A stretch of DNA of 64,000 nucleotides, taken from Octopus vulgaris. Lineage: Eukaryota. The stretch's first letter is position 1. Each line of letters starts with the position of its first letter. Positions 41,091 through 54,090 of the stretch are shown one piece after another. The position numbers and the translations under genes were made by a program. Location: NCBI GenBank assembly GCA_951406725.2, contig OX597818.1, positions 36,828,001-36,892,000 of the forward strand. The letters are read 5' to 3'. Under the pieces are notes generated by a model. It was given only the letters and a program-made list of their open reading frames with translations, was not told the origin of the DNA and ran no database searches.

Positions 41091-44000
41091 CATATATATG
41101 TGTGTGTTTGTACGTGAGTGCGGATGTGTATGTATGTGTGTGAGTGTCTCTGTGTCTTTGTTTGCCACCACCACCACTACTGCTTGACAACTGGTTTTGG
41201 TGTCTTTACGTCCCCGTAACTTAGCTGTTCGGCAAAAGAATAAGCACAAGGCCCTAAAAAGGAAACAAGTACTCGGGTCGATTTTATTCAGCTAAAACGT
41301 CTTTCAAGGTGATGCCCCAGCATGGCCGCAGTCTAATAACTGGATCCAAAGATGAAAGATAAAAGAAACGATAAAAAATATAAAAGACATCAGTGATCGG
41401 TATACGTGCAAGAAAGCCTCCATAAACAAGAAACTGCTAAACTAGTATTATTCTCACCGGAATTAGAATCCCGCTGAAGGACAATCACACAATAACAATG
41501 TATGATGTAATATATATATAAAAAAAAGACGACATAACCAGAAGCCAAGAAACCAAGAACTCATGAACAAGTTTAGATATATACGTCACGTACATATGTA
41601 CGTCATGTGAATATGTGAAAGCGAATGTGTATACGTTGAGCAAGAGTTATGAACAAATGCATACTAACCATAACTATTTATTTCTGCCCCCACACCCCAC
41701 CCTACCCCCAACCTTTGCATTGTCCATTGTGACCTTTCTGTTTCTAAGGTGATGGATTGTAAATTTTGAGGAGTGATTTTATTAATTTCGCGGGTTTTTT
41801 TTGTTTTGTTTTATAGCAGGTCGAGCAACGTCATAGAAGGTACTTTGTTGTCTGCTGGTTATTATATCTGTGTTATCTCAATGTGTGGTTGGGGGGATGG
41901 GATACTTGGGCGTGCGTGTGTATGTTCATACACTAGAAGAACAAAAACAACAAAATGATGATAATGATGACGACGACGAAGAAGAAGAAGAAGAAGAAGA
42001 ACAACAACAACAACAACAACAAGATGAAGAAGAAAGCAGAGACATTTGGAGTGCGCAAATACCGACGTTTTACCCCATCATGTGCAAACCCTAATCAACG
42101 TGGCCACCAGGACTGAGGTCTTCCGAGAGAAATTTGGCAAGGTAGATCAAGATTCCTTTAAGGCAATGGCATGCGAGGTCCTCTTGAAAGTGAATTGGAG
42201 GTGTGATGAGTTTTTTTTTAGGTGAGGACCAGGCAGATAGTAACGGGCTCTTTCTGGGTACTTCAGACCCTAGACCAATGTACCACCTGAAATACCCCAC
42301 CCAATTTTACAGTGGTTTCCAGAACTTGACGTACAAAGAATAAAAGCGCCTGTGACTTTCAGGTTTTTCCGAAATCATGATGTAAGCGAAACAGAAATTA
42401 AGGCTTAATGCTCACAAGAAAATATTGCTGACCCCGTTTGCTAGTCATTTGCTTCTGCCCCACAGCACTTTCTTCGTAACGAACCTAAACTTTTGTCATG
42501 ATTTATAAACTTAGGGCGACTTACTACATTACGAGGGAGCATAGCTGCATGGTTAAAATTGTGGAGAAATATCCTTCAAATAATATCCGAATAGCTTTAG
42601 AATGAAATATCTATTAGATGAAGTAATTCTTGATAAATATAACATGATAATAACAGAGGGAATGTTTTGAGACTCATGTCGATTTGACAAGTGTTGAAGT
42701 GGGAGTTAAATAACAAAGAATTTCGGGAGATAAAGGAGTTATATTTGACAACACATGGAATTCGAACTTTCAATTTATAGGAAATAGACTTAAATCCTGA
42801 CAGTCGTTGTCACTCAGTTTCACAATTTTTAGCAATCCTCTGTTCTTCCAGGATGAAAGGACGGGTAGAATTATGATGTAAATACCTTATTTTTGTAACT
42901 GAGCCGGGAACGAGGAACTAGTTGATTAATGCAAATGGTTTCTTAGAATATGGCTGACATGTATTTTATCAAATCCAGAAGTGAAATGCAAAATCGACAA
43001 TTATTAAAAACCGAGCTTAAAGAACTTAACCAGACGCCCAGTCACCTTCCACCTTCTTTATAAATAAGATCTAGGTCAACTTTACGACATAACTTTTGAA
43101 GAGGTCACTTCTATAAAACCTTACCTAGATGCAACAAAAATCAAGTTTAATCAAAGAGCTAATAATTACACATCCTCTTTTACACAAATAGATGAGGAGC
43201 AGATAAAATTGTCTAAGAAACCATTTTGGACTAGGCATTAAGTGGAAAAATCATAGAAAGATTCTAAATCTATATAGCTGAAAAAAGCGGGAGAAAACTT
43301 AACAACTCTGTTTAAACACTAGAGCAGAGATATTTGTAAAATGCAGATATCTCGACAAATACCCATTATACAAGTGAGAAACACTACCTTCATCCAATTA
43401 AAACTACACAAATCCTCAAATAAGTGACATTATTTCATTTTAGGTGTTTTCCATATTTACTCTTCTCTGTTTCACCTTTTCTCTCATTCTTATTTTTCCT
43501 CAAATGACTTATCTATAAACTAGCCAACGAAAAATCCCATTTAATGCTTCCACAGAAATAGAGGCTTTATTCCTTCACTTTAACCTAACTCACAAAAATT
43601 TCTTCAGAAAAATATTAGCTCAGTATTTAATGTGCAACAAAAATTTCTTCACAGAATTATTTGTAATACTTGAGTGAAAAAAATATTTGCAATATTTTTA
43701 ACTCATCAAAAATCTTTCATAGAAAAAATTATCTTAGTTTCTAACTAACTGACCAAACTTTATTTTCACTTGTAACTGAGCCCACGAAAATTATTTTTAG
43801 TTGAACCAGCAAATTTTATTCATACAAATATTAAATGTGTTTTTAATATAACTCAAAATTTTCACACACAAATTAATTGTATGCTTAACGTAACCCACAA
43901 AAATTTGCTTATAGACACAATCGATATATTTTTTTATATAATCTAACAAAATTCCATTACAGAAATATTAAATATATATATATATACATAATATTTCTGT

Positions 44001-47000
44001 AACCTAACCCATGATAATTACTTCTAAATTTTAAACTGACCCACAAAATTTTGATGAACTTAACTATAGATTTAACATAACATAGAAAACTAACATTCAA
44101 AGACACATAGACTATTTTTGACAAATAAACCTACGAAAGTACCTTAAAAAAATATTCACAATCTTTTATAGTTAACACATCAAAAATAACCTCAATAAAA
44201 TTTCAACTGCATTTTTAACTTTAGCCATCAAAATTAATTCAAATAAATATTTACAATAGTTTAAACCTAACTTATTGATATTATTTCTCAAAATATTAAC
44301 TATCAATTTAATCTAAGTACCAACATTGCTTTACAAAATTTTGCAATTAAATTTTAAGCTAACCCACAAAAATTTATTAACAGAAATTTTAAACTATATA
44401 TTTTACCTAGCACAAAAATCCTTTCACAGAATTATTAACCATATTCTAAACTTAAACAACTAGTACTCCTTCACAAAAATAGTAAATACAAATTTAACTG
44501 ACCTGACCAAAACTCCGTTTGAGCAATTTTTTTTTTATTATACTTACCAGCCAAAATTTCTTCACAAAAATATTAGGTATTTAATACAATTCACAGAAGC
44601 TACCTCACAAAAATATTAATATTATTTTTTAACCTAAACCACCAATATTTTTATACAGAAATATTGTCTACATTTTTAACCTAACCTAACAAATACTGTT
44701 ACGGAAATATTATCTAAACAAATACATTAAAATTCTTTTTTTTTTAATTAATGCCTTAAAATACCTTCACAGAAATGGTAATTATACTAACCTAATATAA
44801 CCTAACTGGATTACGCTTTTTTTAGTTAACCCCTCATAATTACTTTACAGAATATTTTGTTTGATCTTAATATGTTCTAAGTTCCGTTTCCAAAATACTA
44901 AACGAAATTTCAATTTAGTGCAACAAATAATAAAATTTTAAATAATTTAATTTTAACGTAACCCACCAATTTTTCTTTAAAATGTATAACTATATTTTAA
45001 CCTTATCCACGAAAATATCTCTGTAGACATGTATTACGTTATCAATACATATCATACTATTAGCACAAAACATTTTTACAGAAATATTAATTAAAAATCT
45101 AATCTAACCTGCTGATTTTCTTTTACAAAAATATATTAAAAATACTAAAACTAGTAAACTAAAATTCCTTTACAAAAATGTTAAATAGTTTTTCAATCTA
45201 ATCCAAAAAAAAACCATTCACAGAAAGTATGAACAATAATTTAAACCTCAAACACAAAAATTCTCCCATTGTAATATTAACTATTAAAAAATACTAAAAC
45301 TAGTAAACTAAAATTCCTTTACAAAAATGTTAAATAGTTTTTCAATCTAATCCAAAAAAAACCATTCCAGAAAGTATGAACAATAATTTAAACCTCAAAC
45401 ACAAAAATTCTTCCATTGTAATATTTACTATATTTTAAATAAACTACAAAAGTTTCTTCGCAAAAAATAACTACTTTTAATCTAATCTACAGAAATTACT
45501 CAAAACGAATACTAACTATATTTCTAACCTAACCTACAAAACTTTCTTTACAGAAATATTTTTTTATATTTAAAAAACTGGCCCACAAAACAGCGTTAGC
45601 ATCATCATGTTCATCGTCATTATCATCATCAGTTTAACGTCCACTTTTTCATGCTTGCATGGGTCAGGCAGAATTTATAAAGGCAGATTTTCTACGGACG
45701 TATGCCTTTCTACCGTTTTCATGTAAGGTAATATTTCCCCATAGCCTAGCATGTTTATTAGAAAACAGAAACGAACATCACTTGTATGACGGTGACGCTC
45801 ACTTACAACAATCAGAATGTGAAGACAAGGGTACACACACATGCGCACATACACACATACACGTGCGCGCTCACATATGTATACTACATATATATATATA
45901 TATTAGACGAGCTTCTTTCAGTTTTAACCTATCAGATACCCCGCTTACAAGGTCTTGATCGGCCCGAAACAATAGCAGAAGACACTTCCCCAAGGTTCCA
46001 TGTAGTGGAACTGAACTCGAAACCGCATGGTTAAGAAGCAAGTTCTTCAATCACATCACCACTTATTAATATTATGTTTTCAACTTAACCCCACTAAAAT
46101 TTTCTTGTATAAATATTTAATAGGTTTTCTAAACAAACTTGCTAAACTTCCTCCACATAAATATTTACTATATTCTTAACATAACTTACAAACATCCCTT
46201 CACAGAATTTTTTACATAATCTATCAAAATTTCTTCGAAGAAGTATTACCTATAGTTTTAACTTGGCTCAGCATAATTCCTTTAAGAAATGTTAAAATAT
46301 TTTGACCCTGACATGCCAAAATTCCTTCATTAAAATTATATAAATTTTTTGATAAAAAAAAACACCAAACCTCTTTCACACCAATATAATTATATTATTA
46401 ACCTAAACACCACAGAAATACTAACCATGTATTTAATATAATGCATCAGAATTTCTTCACATAATTTCACAGTATTTTTTTTTTTACTTAATGCACCAAA
46501 ATGTTTTCATGGAAAAATTTACTGCACGAAAATGCACCAAATTTTCTATAAAAAAATATTAACTATAATTATAACCTAACTCCAAAATTTCACCCACTAA
46601 AATCCATTTAATACGTATATTGGTTGTATTTTTAACATCATCCACTAATACAAATTCACATAAATATTAACCTTATTAACCATTAACCAATATTGACCAT
46701 TATTAACCAAACTCATACAAATGCTTTCATAGAAATATTAACTACATTTTTAACATAACTTTTCAAAATTTTTTTCTTAGAAATATTATTTATATTCTAA
46801 ACCTAACCCACCAAAGTTCCTTCTTAGAAGAATTAACCAGAATATTAACTTCTCCCACAAAAATTATTTACCAGTAAGTGATAGTAATATGTTTAAATTA
46901 AGTCTCAAAAATTCCTACAAACTAATTAACTGATTTTAAACCTAAACCATAAAAATTCCCTCAACTGTGATTTAAATGTAACTCACCTAAATCTCTTTTA

Positions 47001-47519
47001 AAATATATAAAATATGAAATATATTATTAAGCTTCCACGTAATTTTGACTGACCTACTAAAATTATGCCGAAAATTTGCTCGATCTTAATCAACTCCATT
47101 AAATTTTCTTCACAAAATATTCACTGTAATGTTAACAGAAATACTGAATGTATATTCAACTTATGCCACAAAAATTACTTCACATATACATTAACTTTAT
47201 TTTTAAACTACAACCAAATATTCTTTCACAGAAATATAAACTTTTTAAATGTAACCCACCAGAATTTCTTTGTATGCTTATACATAACTATCAAATTTCT
47301 TTCATAGAATTATTATCAGTATTTTTAACCGAACATAACACTTCTTCTACAGAAATATTAACTATATATTTTTAACCTAATTCCAAAATTCCTCCTAAAA
47401 AATCTTAACCTTCATTTTCGCCAGATCAACCCTGTCACAGAAATTTAATAGTATTTGTAATCTAATCGTCCGCAATTACTCCACATGCATATTTGCTGTT
47501 TATTTACCTATCTTTTATC

Positions 47520-47950
47520 TTTTAAATGTTCAGTCATTAGACTGCGGCTATGCTTGGACACACCCTTGAAGAATTTTTAGCCTAATGTATCGGCCCCAGT
47601 ACTTGCCCTAGCCTACCACTAAGTTACAGGGACATAAACACACCAGCACCGGTGGTGAGGGACAAACAGAGACACCATAACACACACACGTACGTATATA
47701 TGCATATATATGTATGTGTGGGTACTTTACTGTCTAGTATTACATTATATTTATAAAAATGTGTGTGCGTATGTATGTGTGTATACGATGGTCTTCTTTC
47801 AGTTTCCGTCTCCCAGATCCATTCACAAGACTATGGTCGACCCGAGGTTATAGTTGAAGACACTTGTCCAAGGTACCACGCAGTGTGATTGAACCCGGAA
47901 CCATGTGGTTTGGAAGCAAGATTCTTACCACACAGCCACGCCTGCACCTA
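47520..47950 (-). mobile_element. CORE-like SINE in the satellite
   Basis: Reverse complement of the family sequence. Confidence 0.8.
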
Positions 47951-48029
47951 CGTACTTAATGTACCATTTACTTTTGCAAAAGAATTTCGACTGAATCTTT
48001 AATGTGGTACACCAAATTTTATAGATATA

Positions 48030-48222
48030 CTCTTTTACTTGTTTCAGTCATTTGACTGCGGCCATGTTGGAGTACCGCCTTCAGTCGAGCAAATCGACAC
48101 CAGGACTTATTCATTGTAATCCTGGTACTTATTCTATCGGTCTCTTTTGCCGAACCACTAAGTTACGGGGACGTAAACACACCAGCATCGGTTGTCAAGC
48201 GATGTTGGGGCGACAAACACAG

Positions 48223-48288
<66 letters not shown>

Positions 48289-48450
48289 GACGGTCTTCTT
48301 TCAGTTTCCGTCTACCAAATCCACTCAAGGCTTTGGTCGGCCCGAGGCTATAGTAGAAGACACTTGCCAAAGGTTCCATGCAGTGGGACTGAACCCGGAA
48401 CCATGAGGTTGGTAAGCAAGCTACTTACCACACAGTTACTCCTGCGCCTA
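48030..48450 (-). mobile_element. Full-length CORE-like SINE in the satellite
   Basis: Reverse complement from tail (ttttacttgtttcagtca) to head (ctcctgcgccta). Confidence 0.9.
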
Positions 48451-48659
48451 TATTAAATATTAAATATATTTTTAAATTCACCAACCAAACTTTCTTTATA
48501 ACTTCTTTATGTTTAACTTATCACCAAAAGTTTTTTTCCCAATTATTATTTAACCTAGTTCCAAAAAATTTCTTTGTATATTTTTGACATGACCCACCAA
48601 AAGATTACATATATATATATACACCTATCCTATAAAATGTGCTGCATAGAAATATCGAT

Positions 48660-48840
48660 TTCAGATTTTGGCACATGATTACATCGACGCCAGAACTCAA
48701 CTGGTACTTATTTTATAGACCTCGAAATGATGAATGGCAAAGTCGACCTCGGAGGAATTTGGCTTAGAATGTAAAGGCAGACGGATCACAGCTGAGCCTT
48801 TTGCCCAATGTGCTAACGATTCTATCAGCTCGCCGCCTTG
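48660..48840 (-). mobile_element. Nin-domain SINE in the satellite
   Basis: ggcaaagtcgacctcgg...agctcgccgcctt. Confidence 0.75.
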
Positions 48841-49105
48841 TACAGAATAGAGATATTAACCTATTCATTAACCTATCCCTCTGAGAATCCCTAATAGTAG
48901 TAGATTATATATTTAATCTAATCAATCAGTTTTGTTATTTGCTTTGTGTTTGTGGGGCACTAATAATTATTAACTACTTCTAACCTACCCTTCGAAAATC
49001 CTTCTACACAAATATTAACTTCATTTCTTGAGTAATCCAGCAAAATTCTATATATATATTAACTATATTTTAAACCTAATCCACAAAACCTCCTTCACAA
49101 AAATA

Positions 49106-50340
49106 TCTCTATATATATAAAACTGAGAATGTGTGTCTGTGTGTCTGTCTGTGTGTTTCCCTAAAACTTGAGAACTACACAACCAATTTCATTCAAATTT
49201 TACACATGCCTTGCTTAGGGTCCATGTAGTGTCATGGGCAAAAAAACTTTTTGCCTAGAGCGAGCCCACAGCAATATTATATCTTCTCCACTATTTCGGT
49301 ATTACGTGTTAAAAGTGAAATAAAACATCTCTCTATTGTATGTATATGGATGTATATATATATATATATATACATAACAAAATATATAAAGTTATATCTT
49401 GAGATCGTTAGTGACAACAATGCTTAAAATATATAACAGACTGGAACAGTAGTGCTCAAATGAGCTGTATACAGTTTTTAATCCGAGGGAAGGCAATGCG
49501 AGCAGAAACTACAAAGCACTACAAAATCCACAGAAAGATCAAACACATACATATATTCATTTATATCTACAGAACAGACATAAAGTAATATATAGTACTA
49601 TAGAAATATATAGTAATATATAAATATAAACATCATATAAAAATATATTGTACGCATAAGATCCACTCGACGTTCCATAAGAAATTTAGAATTAAAAATT
49701 GCAATAAAAGTTAGAGGTAATAATAGCAATTGAATTAAATATAGTAAGTAGTAATTAAAATAAAACTAAAGTATGGTAATTAAATTGTAATATAACTATT
49801 AAAAGAAAAAATAGCAATTAGTATAAAATGTATCAAGGACTTGAATTCGAATATGTGGCTTTGCATGAATGGGAGAAATTAAAAGATGAAATATTTAATT
49901 GAGTGCAGAAGTTAATTAGTCCAGGTGGAGCTGTGCGCATACCATTTACCATAGCTACTAGAGTGAATTATATGCTTATAAAGTAGCATTCAGTATCTAT
50001 GAGAATTTTGGGGAGTACTTAATGTCTGGTCTTTCGCATGTATGTAATTGTGCATTTGTTTCCGTGTACTATGTGTTGTGTGTAAAAAACATCCTGACGA
50101 GGGGAGTGTCAATTTTAAATATATATGTTTCATATTAATTGGTGCATCTCCGAAACGGCCCGTAGATGAACTTTTATGTATTTTTGTAAATTTGTATATT
50201 TATCTTCTATGTATTTTTCTCTGGAATTTTAATTCGTCTTTTTAATAGGTCATTGTATGTTTTATTACCCCAAATTTTTAATTTAACAAATTTATACCAA
50301 ACTAGCACTATGACCCGGCAACGCCGGGTCATAATGCTAG
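49106..50340 (+). mobile_element. Non-autonomous Helitron
   Basis: 5' TCtctatatatataaaac and (TGTC)-like repeat; 3' GC-rich hairpin gacccggc-aac-gccgggtc then CTAG; inserted between A49105 and T50341 with no TSD. Confidence 0.9.
50090..50168 (+). ncRNA. Type I hammerhead ribozyme motif with intact core
   Basis: CATC-CTGACGA-long stem II (50101-50114/50137-50151)-GAAA-cggcccg-TA-GATG. Confidence 0.75.
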
Positions 50341-51559
50341 TTAACTATATTTCTAACTATACACTATATTATCTACATATTTAACTAGCTCATAAGTTCT
50401 AGTTAATAGATATATTTTTAAAATAATCTACCAAAATACGTTTACAGAAATATTAATTACATTTTAAAACAACCTCACCAAAAATTCATTTACAGAAACA
50501 TTCACTATATTTTGAACCTCGCCCACAAATATCCACAAAAATATTAACAATATTTTTTTTCTTAACGTTATCCAATAAAAGTCTTTTACATGACTATTAG
50601 TATTAAATTTAGTGTTAACCTGTCCAACTGTTTTCCATTTTTTTTGATAATTATTAACTGTGTTTTAATTTAATCCACAAAAATTCCTTCACAGAAATAT
50701 AAAATATAGTTTTAACGTAACCAACAAAATTTCATTCTAAGAAATTTTAGCTGTAACTTTTACCTGAGCCACATAAGCTCTAGATACATTGTTGATCTGA
50801 CACTCCAAAATTATTTCCAAATTATAACGAAATTTTAAGCCTAACTCACAAAATTCTTTTACAGAAAATTTAATTATACTTTGAACCTTACAATTTTTTC
50901 TTTGACTGATATATCAACTCTATTTTTATTCTATGCCTCGAAAAGTCCTTCACACAAATAAGATTATTTTAACCTAATTCTTGAAAATACCCTCAAATGA
51001 ATATATTATTTTTTTAAATGAACTCCCCCACCCAAATTCCTTCGCAGGAATATTCACTTCATTTTTAGACTAGACCAACCCAACAAAATTCTCTCATAGA
51101 AATATTAACTATAATTTCAAATCAATGCCCAAAAAATTCTTCAAAAACAAATTTTATCCTAACGTAACCTACAAAAATTTCTCCCGCACAGAAATATGAA
51201 CTTAATTTTTAACCTCACTCGTGAATATTCTTTCAAAAACTATTAACTCTATTTGTAAACCATTCCACAATTCCTTCACAGAAATACTAACTGTTTTTAT
51301 CCAATTCGACAAAAATTCTTGCGGAAAATTAATCAGTATATTATTAAGCTAACAACAAAAATGTCTTTGCCGAAATATTAACTATATTTTTATCTAACCC
51401 ACCAAAATATCAACTTTACTTTAATTCAAGCTACCAAAATTCTTTCATAGATATATTGACTATATTTTTAAACTAAGCAACCAGATTTCTTCACAGAAAT
51501 ATTATCTATATTTGGAACCTAAATCAGCTAAATTTCTTCTGAGGAATACTAATTATATT

Positions 51560-54090
51560 TTTTAATGACACTCAAAATTCTCTTTCATTCCATTCTTATG
51601 TTGCAAATTGATATGTTGTTCATAGTTGAAAATGTCTTGTTTGCCATTAAAGCTTAAGTCCATCTATTAGTCCTCTAATATTTGTAGATCTTCTCTGATG
51701 TTGATACGAAAGCTTTGCTGAGTACATAGCGAATATTGTTGGTGCTTTATCCTCCCATAAATATTCCTGATAGATGTCCAATAAGTCGCATAACTATTTC
51801 ACTCTATAACGGAAACAGGTCGTACTCTTCTCTCGATCTTACCATACTGTTCTATTTTATTTCCAGGTCTGGTTCCTACTGTTTGTTGCTAATATGTGTT
51901 CTTGATTACTCATAAGTCCTTTCTACCTAGATTTATTTATATCTTCTAGTATTTTTAAGATTTCTTCTTAGTTCACAGTATGAAGTGTTTTTGTGGAATT
52001 AATGAATTCTAGGAACATATTGTACCTCCGTTGCTCTTTCACCACTGATACTCCGGATGTACACCTCAACTGTTATTCTTTTACCACAATGAGTCCACAT
52101 TCTGCTCGAAGAAATCAATAACTTTAAATAGATGGAAATAATCGCATAAGATAGAAAAACCTCGAAGAAATTTAGTCAAGGATTGGACAAACCAAGACTA
52201 CTATATGATCAAACGTATCAACAAAAAGTGTAAAAGCTTCCAATATTGCAGCGATGTATTTTTCGAACAAATATTCATGATGCACTCTAGCGGAAGTCCT
52301 TAGATGAGAAGATTCTATCAGAAATTATCTCAACCACGTAAATAGGTAACAGGATAAGTTCACGGGGCATCATATGAGATGATAAAGCCTGCAAAATCTT
52401 TTTTCAATTGTCATTAAGCCTTCAACAGTTGTTTTCCAATTGTCACGAATTGGAAAACTGAATGACAATAAAAAGACAAAGAGAACAAATTTTCAATTGT
52501 CTTAATATCTGGCAAAGGAAGGAAGAGCAATGCAGTAAGTTTTGTGTGGGACAAAAGTGAGTGAAGATGTATGATTATCAATGCCTGTTGGCATGGCACT
52601 GAAAAGAGAAAAGAACGCACCAAAATTCTTCTACAGAAATATTTACTATATTTTTTACTATATTTACTATATTTTTTAACACACTAAAATCTTATGGAGG
52701 AAATAGATGGCACTTTCTCTAATATAGTTTTTGCATTTGTATTTTCTTTTCTCTTATTGCCGTTAAGATTTAGGCTCATCTTTTCACGTTTACCATGAAT
52801 AGTACTAACCAATGTTTATGAATCTTTCTCTGATGTTGCTACGAGAATTGTGATATCGTTGATGTTTTTACCTCCTACTTGTATACCTGGTAGATGTTTA
52901 GTATTTTGTGGCATAATTATTTCACTGCATAACGGAAGTAAGTCTAATGATAACACACACCCGTGTTGTACTCTTCTTTCCATTTCATATTTTCCTATTT
53001 CACTTCAAAATCTGCTTGCTGTTGTTTGTTGTCAACATGTGTCAGATTATTCCAAACTCTTTCCAACAAGTTTTAATATTTCTCCATGACTTACTGCATC
53101 AAATACTTTTTAAATAATGAATGATACCTTGGTACAGAATCTTTTTTATGCCCATTCCTTTGGCAATACCTTTTCTTAGGATGTACGGAGAATCTTTTTT
53201 ATGCCCATTCCTTTGGCAATACCTTTTCTTAGGATGTACGGAGCTTTAGTTGTACCTTGGTACAGAATCTTTTTTACGCCCATTCCTTTGGCAATGCCTT
53301 TTCTTAGGATGTACAGGGCTTTAGTTGTACCTTGGTACAGAATCTTTTTTACGCCCATTCCTTTGGCAATGCCTTTTCTTAGGATGTACGGAGTTTTAGT
53401 TGTACCTTGTCACTGAATCTTTTTACGCCCATTCGCCTTGATTTCATTTAGTGCTATAAAAATTCGCTAGCTTTAAATGTAAAGTAACTACAATTATATG
53501 GCATGGGTAAAACTAATGAAATTCAGTCAAGGATTAAGATAGGCCGAGGCTGTTGTTGAAAGATGAGGTACATATTGTCAAATAAATGGTTATCAGTTAA
53601 AGTGTGCAAAAGGGGCTCACCCTTATACATAGTTTTGTTACCTGGAATATCAGCACACACTTGGGAAAGTTTATCAAAGCTGCAGAAATTTGTTCCTTTA
53701 GATGTTTGCTCAAGATAACCTATAGAGTAACAAATAGTGAAGTCCTTAGTTTAGCAGAAATCATTAGAGAACTCCTTTAAAATATAAGAAGGCAAAAGAA
53801 CAGCAAGAACTGGAAAACCGAAAAGCAGAAGAAGACAGAGAGAAAATATACTGATGACTGTAACAAGTGAATAAAACCATTTCTTTTCTTTGTGAATGTA
53901 TGTATGTGCATATGTGCTTTATTGTGTATTTCTTTATTCAATTACACATTGGTTTATTCATACAGTCATTCATTTTACTAATATATCAATAACCCTAATA
54001 ACTTGCAAAGTTGTTTGTGGGACAGAAGGTGAACGATAGAAGTTTGCCTGTAGGTATGGTATCTAAAGAAGGAAAAGAAAACACCAAAAT
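51560..54090 (-). mobile_element. Two ancient tandem modules containing decayed LINE reverse-transcriptase sequence
   Basis: Shared blocks between ~51560-52620 and ~52700-54090; the minus strand near 53110 gives KVFDAVSHGEI (KAFDSV-like). Confidence 0.5.
53125..53433. repeat. 75-bp minisatellite, about four copies
   Basis: tgtacctt at 53251, 53326 and 53401; the first unit is shortened. Confidence 0.95.

Noticed and set aside
42040-42345. GC-richer island that reads like protein
   Set aside because: The frame is broken at the T-run near 42211 and no motif is recognisable; needs BLASTx.
42480-43400. Very decayed LINE reverse transcriptase on the plus strand
   Set aside because: Motif resemblance is too weak to support by eye.
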